A DNA stretch of 12,768 nucleotides, taken from positions 64,569 through 77,336 of the forward strand of contig JBHLPF010000016.1 in NCBI GenBank assembly GCA_048939765.1. Direction: 5' to 3'. A program made the position numbers and the translations under genes. Below the pieces are notes generated by a model that was not told the origin of the DNA, did not search any database, and saw nothing but the letters and a program-made list of their open reading frames with translations. The stretch's first letter is position 1, and every line of letters starts with the position of its first letter. Positions 4,398 to 11,471 of this stretch are shown one piece after another. This DNA comes from Promethearchaeota archaeon (GTDB lineage Archaea > Asgardarchaeota > Thorarchaeia > Thorarchaeales > Thorarchaeaceae).

Positions 4398-7223
4398 TTG
4401 GCTGCTGTCCCGGCCGGATACGAGGCATTCCAGAGTGGAAGACGCAGAGGAGTGACACTTCTCTGTTTTCTATTGGTGTCCACGATAATCATGGGGATGA
4501 CAGTCTATGTGGATTCTTATTCGGTTCACTATTGGGAAGAGGCGACCGATGTAGGTGACGTTTCTCTCATTGTAGAAGGGACCAATGTTCAAGACATTGT
4601 GTCACAGGTGCAAGCAATAGATGGTATAGATGAAGCTATTCTCCTGGAGGGTTCAGAAGGCTTCATTTCATTTGATTTGGAATATGAAACTGTTCAATAT
4701 TATGTGGATGTCCGAGCTCCCACTCAACAGTATTTAGAAACCTTCCCGAACATATACAGAATCATTTCTGGCAGGATGCCTCAAGACTCTTCTGAGGTTG
4801 CTGTCGCAGAATGGATGGTAGAGGACATTTGGCTGAACATATCTCTGGGGTCACAACTCAATTACACGACAGAGGACTATGGATCACAAAGCGACGTCAC
4901 CGTCGTGGGCGTCTTCACGATAGGTGACATTTCCGGCTATACTTCCGGATATTACTTCTATTGCAATTTGCTTGTTATGGAATCGCTCATAGGCGATTCA
5001 GACTATAGGACATCCATTCACGCCAATATCGATAGAGAGAGGATTGGCCCCTTTGATGCCGCAGGGTCCCTCAGATTCCTCACGGGAATCAGTGAGCAGA
5101 TTCGTGCACTAGATCCCAGATACACGACTACCAATCCATATTCGAGGTACCAAACAACTGACTTCCTCCAATGGGGAGTCTACTCTTACATTTCGTGGCA
5201 GATGTCTACTCGCTTCACGCAGCTCCTTCGGGCTGCACCCATCATCCTCCTAGTGCTAATGGTCAGCTTTCTAGCTATACGCTTTAATGTTAATGAAAGG
5301 CGCTATGAAGCGAATATGCTGATGGCCAGGGGCGCTTCTGAGGGGGATGTAAATGGGATTATCAATAGGGAGATTGCCCTCATCGCTCTCGCGTCTTGTT
5401 TACTTGGCCCGATTCTCGGTCTCTTTGGAAGCCGCATCGCGATTGCGTCTACAGGATTTTTCCACTTCGACGTCGGATTAATCATTACGGAACCATTCCT
5501 GATTACGTTGGAGTCATTGATAATGTCCCTAGTCATAGGCTTCCTGTTGCCTGTGTTCATGCTCGTCGGATATAGAGCAATCTACTCCACGAAAAAGACA
5601 GTTGAAGAGAGTACAGGAAGATTGGCAAAGGTCGCCAGAGGGTTCGCCTTGATACGCTGGGATGCGCTCATTGTCATAATGACCTCGCTTCTAATGCTTG
5701 CACTTTACGCCGGAGGCCCCGAGATTCAATCGAATTTCCTTCTTGGCTTTTTGGCGTCGGTGACACCTCTACCTCTATTCCTGGGGGTCGCTAGCTTAGT
5801 AATCAAGGGTCTAAGACGAGGATCCGTCATGTTATCGAAGCGATTTGTGAGAGTGGTAGGAGAAGTATCCTCCTCAGTGGGTGTGCGCCGCATCGGAAAG
5901 GAAGCCTCCTCAGCAGGACCTGCGGTCATGGTGTTGGTGTTGGCAATCAGTCTAGCATGGAACAATGCACTAATTGACAGCACATTGCCCGCAACTCATC
6001 TGAATCATTCACGATTCGCAATGGGTGGAGATGTAGCGTTTCAGCTAGACCCACTTCAGGAATCCCAGTGGGATGGATTCCTTCAGAACATTTCAAATCA
6101 TGAAGCAACAGAGGAAGTGACACGGATTGATGTCACAACTCTGTTTTTGGCTGAAGACTGGGGTAGTCATACATATTTCGAGGCCATCGACCCTGCTGAG
6201 TATAGTCGGATTGGATATGATCAGTCAGGAGTTAGACTAAATGATTCAAGTCTAAATCAACTGCTGACGGAGCTGGAGGACAATCCGACGGGCATTATTG
6301 TGACGCAGGACATTGCAGATTCGTACCTCTTAGATGTAGGAGATATTCTTCGAGCATTCGAACAAGGCGAGGTTCCTCAGGTCTATGAGTTCACGATAAT
6401 CGGAATAGCTCCAGCTATTCCTGAACTTCTAGTGAGGTACTCAGAATACCGACCTGGCGGTGGTATCTATTACCTGGAATATGGATATGCGGCAGCCCAA
6501 ATCGTTCCGCCCCCGCCATACTACTACTACGATGAGTCATATGGAACTCATCGAGCGTGGATTCACAGGGCTTTTGCCGAAACTCTGTTGAACGAAACCT
6601 CAGAAACAGAACATTACTACGTGGCAAGTGCGAAGAGAAATGCAAATGGGACCGCAATGGCCATCGATGTTCTAGATTCTGGCGGTTCAGGTGTTATCAT
6701 GTTTGGACAATGGGGCACAGTGGAGCAGGAGATGGCTTTTTACTTAGGGCAGGTCATCTACCAAATGGACCGTGCCGTTGACACTATGCTTACCACACTC
6801 ACTGTGGGAGTGATCCTTGGAGCCTTTGGCATCTATGCCGTTGAAGGAATCACGGCGAGAAGAAGAGAGATTGCCCTCCTTAGGTCCATTGGTGCAAGAA
6901 ACAGCCTAATCGTAAGGGCACAAGGCGCAGAACTGCTTGTGCTTACTCTTATCAGCCTTTTCCTGCTATTGGGATATGGCCCTCTGTTCATGGCTAATTC
7001 CTTACTCTCGTCACTAGGATCATACGGGACTTGGTCCTTCTTATTCCCTGTAGCTGTATTCCCAGTAATTCCTTGGATGATGCTGGTCAGTGTCTTGATG
7101 TTCTTCATCGTGTCAACAATTCTGTTCATAGCTGCAATAGCTGTGCTGGGATCTAGAATCAATATCGCAGCAGCCTTGAATGCCGCATGGGCTGAAGCAG
7201 GTCCCTACGGAGGTGATCGGTAA
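4398..7223 (+). CDS. Large FtsX/MacB-like ABC permease 1 (internally duplicated, two extracellular domains)
   Basis: TM1, a large soluble domain and a TM bundle occur twice. FtsX-type motifs RRYEANMLMARGAS and RRREIALLRSIGA. TTG start with GAGGT SD at 4387-4391. Confidence 0.92.
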   Translation: MAAVPAGYEAFQSGRRRGVTLLCFLLVSTIIMGMTVYVDSYSVHYWEEATDVGDVSLIVEGTNVQDIVSQVQAIDGIDEAILLEGSEGFISFDLEYETVQYYVDVRAPTQQYLETFPNIYRIISGRMPQDSSEVAVAEWMVEDIWLNISLGSQLNYTTEDYGSQSDVTVVGVFTIGDISGYTSGYYFYCNLLVMESLIGDSDYRTSIHANIDRERIGPFDAAGSLRFLTGISEQIRALDPRYTTTNPYSRYQTTDFLQWGVYSYISWQMSTRFTQLLRAAPIILLVLMVSFLAIRFNVNERRYEANMLMARGASEGDVNGIINREIALIALASCLLGPILGLFGSRIAIASTGFFHFDVGLIITEPFLITLESLIMSLVIGFLLPVFMLVGYRAIYSTKKTVEESTGRLAKVARGFALIRWDALIVIMTSLLMLALYAGGPEIQSNFLLGFLASVTPLPLFLGVASLVIKGLRRGSVMLSKRFVRVVGEVSSSVGVRRIGKEASSAGPAVMVLVLAISLAWNNALIDSTLPATHLNHSRFAMGGDVAFQLDPLQESQWDGFLQNISNHEATEEVTRIDVTTLFLAEDWGSHTYFEAIDPAEYSRIGYDQSGVRLNDSSLNQLLTELEDNPTGIIVTQDIADSYLLDVGDILRAFEQGEVPQVYEFTIIGIAPAIPELLVRYSEYRPGGGIYYLEYGYAAAQIVPPPPYYYYDESYGTHRAWIHRAFAETLLNETSETEHYYVASAKRNANGTAMAIDVLDSGGSGVIMFGQWGTVEQEMAFYLGQVIYQMDRAVDTMLTTLTVGVILGAFGIYAVEGITARRREIALLRSIGARNSLIVRAQGAELLVLTLISLFLLLGYGPLFMANSLLSSLGSYGTWSFLFPVAVFPVIPWMMLVSVLMFFIVSTILFIAAIAVLGSRINIAAALNAAWAEAGPYGGDR
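7209..7217 (+). promoter_or_regulatory. Strong Shine-Dalgarno site GGAGGTGAT for permease 2, with TAATG stop/start overlap
   Basis: ggaggtgat lies 5 nt before ATG 7223, whose A is the last base of the permease 1 TAA, suggesting translational coupling. Confidence 0.8.
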
Positions 7224-10039
7224 TGTTCCTTGCGGCACGCATGATATCAAAGGCACCTCAGGTGGCTGCTACATTGATTATATTCTCAATCTCAGCCGGA
7301 GTGCTAGGTGGCATTCTATTCTACATGGATAGCGCAGGACCAAATGTTCTGGCGGAGATGACAGAAGAGATACCCGTTGACATGCATCTCACCTTCAGCT
7401 ATTCTTTCTATCAGCAGAATGAAACCACTATGGCTGACATAGAGCAGATTGTAGCGTCACAAGAATGGATTGAAGTAACTGAAAGCGTGTCGAAACTTGA
7501 ATACTATGACTGGCGGCAGGAGGACTATCGCGATGCATACAATATACTCCTCGGTGTCAATGATACATTCTATGATACCTTCCCAAATGCACTTGCCCTC
7601 GATGTGGATCCGTCCGCGATTGTTGATACGACGTGCGTTGTTGAGGAAGCCAAGCTAGGTAGACTAGGACTCACGATAGGCGACAACCTCACTGTCTTGG
7701 TGGATACCTACAATGAAACCGGAGGGTACTGGTATCCCCTTGAATACAATTATACTATCATAGGCACCTTCACCACAGATCTGTTTATGCAGTATTACTA
7801 TTGGGAAACCACCATTGGCACATCGCTCCTAATGGTAACGACAAGAGAGGGCTTGATTCAGCCCTTTGAAGGAATCGAACCAGGATTTTATGGAGGCGTG
7901 CAAGACGAGATTTGGTCGACCATAGATCATGATATTGTTGCAACTGCTGATCCTGTTTCAACCATGCAAGAAATGGAACATCGAATAGAGCAGCAAGCAC
8001 TGCCATTCGCAAGTGTCACTGAATTTGCCCTACTTGGGGCTGTGTACGAGTATATGACCTGGGGAACAAGTATGCGTGCTGTGGCATTGGCCTTCTCTAT
8101 TCCAACTCTAGTAATGGCAGTGATGCTTGTCTATTATAACTCTAATTTGCTAGCCGATGAGAGGAGAAGAGACGTCGGCAGCCTAAAGACTCGAGGGGCG
8201 TCAGGCTGGCAGGCATTTCGCTGGATTCTGAGCATGGCATTGACCACAGGGATCCTAGGTAGCTTTGGCGCAATTGCAACAGGAGCTATATCAGCCCTGG
8301 TTTCAGCAAGTGTTCGCGAATTCCTTTCATTCAGATTGGATATGCTAGCTGAATTTTCACTGTTTCTTACGCCTGAAGCAGTAACAGCAGTCTTTCTCTT
8401 TGCATTCATTGTAGGATTGATAGTAGCACTACCTTCCGCTGTTAGAGCTCTCCTAATGACACCAACAGAAGCCCATAGTGTCATTGAGAGGGAGGACTTA
8501 TTTGAAGTTGAGAAAATGGGCAGTCCGGCAATCGATATCATTGCACTGGGTATCTCAGGATATCTTCTCACGCCGATATTATTTGCCATAAGCTATATGA
8601 CAATGAACTTCTATAGTGCAATGCTATTTGCTGCCTTCGTAATTCCTCTTCTAGGCATCTTCACTGTCGCACTCACTAGATTATTATCACGTCCCACTTC
8701 ATCAGTGAAATCCAAAGTCCTCGCCCGAATAGATAGGAAGTCACTGCATGCTGGCTCCCGGGTTATCTCAGGCAACATTCGATTATTCAAGAAGAGCGAA
8801 GCTATGGGCGTGATGTTCGTAGCAATGGTGTTTGCAGCAGGCATCTTCTCCTCTCTTTCAGCCACCACTGGCACGGCCCATATGAAACAGATATTGACCT
8901 TCGAAGTGGGGGCTGATATCAGCATTGAGGTAATCCCTGGATTGCAGAATGTGACACTGGACTTATTGGAGAATATCACTGCGGTCGAGGGGGTGGCTCA
9001 TGCGAGTGGTATGATTCAAACTGAAGCTGAAGTGAATTATTGGACATCCGAGTATGGGACAAGGAGAAATGTCACGCAAGATGTGACGGTCTATGGTGTG
9101 CAGCCTCATGAATGGATAGATTCAGCCTTCTGGCTTGACTACTTCACAAAGGATACTCTCCCCCAGGAATCAATACCCCAACTGGCAGATGATAACTCAA
9201 CCATCCTAAGCTCTTTCAAGCCTGTTGACCACTATCTGATTTCCAACGGCCGGTACACGCCGATATACGGCGATTCGCTAACTCTGGCTTTGAATGGACC
9301 TGACTGGGTGAATGTAAGCGATTGCACAATTCTCGATGTGATCGCATCAACCTATGATGCCTACGGTGGCAATACTTACCTTCCGGGTGAACCCTCAGCG
9401 AGCAGCTTCGTGGTTATGAACATTAACTATGTTCAGGCTTGTTTAAACACATCGCGAATTGATAGAATCTTTGTCGACCTAGTGGACGAAGCAAACTACA
9501 CTCGTGTTCTTCGTGACCTCTACGAGATTGCTCCAAACAGCTTTCAGAAACTTGGGTCCGCTCAAGCTCGAATCGACTCCGCACTTGAATCGAGAGCGGG
9601 GCAATCGATTTACGGAGCCTACACGCTGAATGTTGTTTTCGCTTTCATTTATCTCACGGCTGGAGTGCTCATTGTTGCAATGGTTAGATTCGGCAAACTA
9701 CGCAGGCAATTCTCTGTCATGCGCGCCTTGGGTGCTGAACCAAGGACAATCCTCGTTGCAGTGCTCATCGAGTCACTGACTGGAGTAGTCCTTGCAGCGA
9801 TAATTGGCGGAATAGTGGGCCTCCTGTTGACGAGCTTCGTGATTCAACTGCCTCTCATATACATGGGTAGTATGACAATTCAGCTATGGAGTCGACTCCC
9901 TGTAATCCTTGCTGTGCCGACAGCTTTGCTTGTGACGATTCTAGCAGCGGCTGTGCTCTCCAGTTTGGCAGCGACCTATGTTGTTGTCGCCCGTAATCTC
10001 AGACGAAATATCGCTATGGAAATTCAATATGTGGAATGA
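7223..10039 (+). CDS. Large FtsX/MacB-like ABC permease 2 (internally duplicated)
   Basis: Same architecture as permease 1. Motifs RRRDVGSLKTRGAS and LRRQFSVMRALGA; FEVGADI at the start of the second extracellular domain (compare FAMGGDV in permease 1). Confidence 0.92.
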   Translation: MFLAARMISKAPQVAATLIIFSISAGVLGGILFYMDSAGPNVLAEMTEEIPVDMHLTFSYSFYQQNETTMADIEQIVASQEWIEVTESVSKLEYYDWRQEDYRDAYNILLGVNDTFYDTFPNALALDVDPSAIVDTTCVVEEAKLGRLGLTIGDNLTVLVDTYNETGGYWYPLEYNYTIIGTFTTDLFMQYYYWETTIGTSLLMVTTREGLIQPFEGIEPGFYGGVQDEIWSTIDHDIVATADPVSTMQEMEHRIEQQALPFASVTEFALLGAVYEYMTWGTSMRAVALAFSIPTLVMAVMLVYYNSNLLADERRRDVGSLKTRGASGWQAFRWILSMALTTGILGSFGAIATGAISALVSASVREFLSFRLDMLAEFSLFLTPEAVTAVFLFAFIVGLIVALPSAVRALLMTPTEAHSVIEREDLFEVEKMGSPAIDIIALGISGYLLTPILFAISYMTMNFYSAMLFAAFVIPLLGIFTVALTRLLSRPTSSVKSKVLARIDRKSLHAGSRVISGNIRLFKKSEAMGVMFVAMVFAAGIFSSLSATTGTAHMKQILTFEVGADISIEVIPGLQNVTLDLLENITAVEGVAHASGMIQTEAEVNYWTSEYGTRRNVTQDVTVYGVQPHEWIDSAFWLDYFTKDTLPQESIPQLADDNSTILSSFKPVDHYLISNGRYTPIYGDSLTLALNGPDWVNVSDCTILDVIASTYDAYGGNTYLPGEPSASSFVVMNINYVQACLNTSRIDRIFVDLVDEANYTRVLRDLYEIAPNSFQKLGSAQARIDSALESRAGQSIYGAYTLNVVFAFIYLTAGVLIVAMVRFGKLRRQFSVMRALGAEPRTILVAVLIESLTGVVLAAIIGGIVGLLLTSFVIQLPLIYMGSMTIQLWSRLPVILAVPTALLVTILAAAVLSSLAATYVVVARNLRRNIAMEIQYVE

Positions 10040-10045
10040 TGAATC

Positions 10046-10948
10046 ATGTCAGAAGACTTGGAAAAAGTAGCACACGAAAACAAGGTGGTCGTGAGGGACC
10101 TAATGAAGGTCTATCGCCGTGGACAAAAGGAAGTCATAGCTCTTAGAGGTATGGACTTTGAGGTTGGGCAGGACGAGTTCCTGAGCATCGTGGGACCAAG
10201 CGGATCAGGAAAATCGACTCTGTTGAAAATGCTTGGGGCTCTCGATAAGCCAACTGCAGGGACGATTCTCTTTGATGGCAATAGTGTCACGCTTCTGGAT
10301 GACAGACGGTCGATGTTGTTCAGGAGAGCCAAGGTTGGTTTCGTCTGGCAGACTGGCAATCTGGTACCCGGGCTTACGGCCTTCAAGAATGTCACCCTTC
10401 CGATGCGACTTGCTGGTGCGCCCAAAGCTGCTGCAAATGATAGAGCAATGATGCTTCTTGATACAATGGGGCTTTCAAATAGAGTAAATCACAAGCCAAG
10501 CCAGCTAAGTGGAGGGGAGAATCAGAGAGTTGCCATCTGTGTTGCCCTAGCGAACAAACCAGAATTACTTCTTGCAGATGAAGTAACAGGTGAGCTAGAT
10601 TCAGAGACCGCGATGATGGTGATGGAGGCTCTGAAGAAGATTAACAAGGATTTTGGCACATGTATTGTGAATGTCACTCATAATCCGAGAGTAGCTGAGT
10701 ACGCAAGCCGTGTGATCAGAATTCGGGATGGGCTTATAGAAGGGCAGCGCCATACGTTGTACGGAGATATCACCGAGGTCGATGCCAAGGGTCGGATGGT
10801 GATTCCGGACACAGTTAGGAAACTCGCTGGAATCAGAAAAAGAGTTGTCCTAAAGGTGACTAACGAAGGAATTCTTGTATCTCCTCTCGAGAGCGAGGAG
10901 TTGGAGAATGACATACCGGAAGTAACAAGTGAGGCGTCTGAGGCATAA
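10046..10948 (+). CDS. ABC ATP-binding protein (MacB/LolD-like) with a C-terminal AbrB/MraZ/SpoVT-like domain and acidic tail
   Basis: GPSGSGKS, FVWQ, LSGGENQR, LLLADEVTG, VTHN. The C-terminal EVDAKGRMVIPDTVRKLAGIRKRVVLKVTNEGILVSP matches the VDxKGRxxIPxxxRxxxGI pattern. Confidence 0.94.
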   Translation: MSEDLEKVAHENKVVVRDLMKVYRRGQKEVIALRGMDFEVGQDEFLSIVGPSGSGKSTLLKMLGALDKPTAGTILFDGNSVTLLDDRRSMLFRRAKVGFVWQTGNLVPGLTAFKNVTLPMRLAGAPKAAANDRAMMLLDTMGLSNRVNHKPSQLSGGENQRVAICVALANKPELLLADEVTGELDSETAMMVMEALKKINKDFGTCIVNVTHNPRVAEYASRVIRIRDGLIEGQRHTLYGDITEVDAKGRMVIPDTVRKLAGIRKRVVLKVTNEGILVSPLESEELENDIPEVTSEASEA

Positions 10949-10965
10949 TGGGAACTGCACTCTAG

Positions 10966-11205
10966 GTGATGTCATTGAGTAAGAGAAGCCTCCCATGGTC
11001 GTTCTATGCCGTTATTGTCACATTTGGTATCTTCTTCTTCAGCATCAATGCCTATTTCTTGACTATATGGCTGGCACATCCATGGCGAAGTGATCTCTGG
11101 CTTGTGGGTGTGGGCATTGGTCTCGTAGGTCTCATTTACTCTGTCTATATGGTTCGAATACATCAACGGGATTTGATTGCATCCAAGGAACAACTGAATG
11201 AATGA
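10966..11205 (+). CDS. Small 2-TM membrane protein, probably the last gene of the ABC operon
   Basis: Two hydrophobic helices (FYAVIVTFGIFFFSINAYFLTIWLA; LWLVGVGIGLVGLIYSVYMV) with basic flanks. It begins 17-26 nt after the ATPase stop. AGGTGAT at 10964-10970 suggests the true start is TTG 10975. Confidence 0.78.
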   Translation: MMSLSKRSLPWSFYAVIVTFGIFFFSINAYFLTIWLAHPWRSDLWLVGVGIGLVGLIYSVYMVRIHQRDLIASKEQLNE

Positions 11206-11425
11206 CCCGAAGTGACGCTGATTGGTAACTTCTTGTGGGGGCTTCCTGCCGAAATTGGATACAGACAGGAGTGTACTCAGCGACTCTCCTGGTTCTTTCG
11301 TGAGGTGCATCATGGGAGCTGCGTCAGCTCACGCTTAAAGTCACCCATGGCTTCCTTTCGATAATAGTGGGAACGGCTCTCGTCTTCTCCGTACCGGCGA
11401 CGAGAACCGTTGTCCGTCGGGTATT
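11201..11425 (-). ncRNA. Candidate structured RNA or structured 3' UTR downstream of asnS (family unassigned)
   Basis: Several helices plus complementary ends (ACCCGA 11205-11210 with TCGGGT 11417-11422) lie in a long gap between convergent genes. No match to RNA families that I can recognise by eye. Confidence 0.3.
11372..11411. repeat. 13-bp inverted repeat / stem-loop
   Basis: AACGGCTCTCGTC (11372-11384) pairs with GACGAGAACCGTT (11399-11411) at 12/13 positions. The single C/A mismatch is a G-U pair on the minus-strand RNA. Confidence 0.75.
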
Positions 11426-11471
11426 GACTATCGACATTGCTGATGACTTGAAACTCGCTGAATAGCATGAA

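Noticed and set aside
3890-4492. 200-aa antisense ORF over ATPase 1, and the other antisense or alternate-frame ORFs inside the large genes
   Set aside because: These are typical shadow ORFs of conserved coding sequence, with no independent motifs.
6507-6521. PPPPY as a WW-domain / ESCRT late-domain (PPxY) ligand
   Set aside because: It lies in a predicted extracellular domain, out of reach of cytoplasmic partners.
6438-6545. Tyr-rich loop as a diversity-generating retroelement variable region
   Set aside because: No template repeat or reverse transcriptase is present in the window.
11235-11465. Plus-strand frame of ~76 codons with one internal TGA, and short minus-strand ORFs (11324..11536, 10972..11313)
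   Set aside because: No recognisable protein motif, no selenoprotein context and no good start signal; the minus-strand ORFs overlap real genes.
11206-11471. Assignment of the gap to SRP RNA, RNase P RNA, a hammerhead (CTGATGA-CTT-GAAA at 11440-11453) or an IS200/IS605 end (AGGAAGCCCCC; GTCAATACCC on the minus strand)
   Set aside because: There is no SRP helix-8 motif, no paired RNase P P4 motifs, no hammerhead stems II/III, no subterminal hairpin after AGGAAGCCCCC, and no tnpB/iscB remnant.
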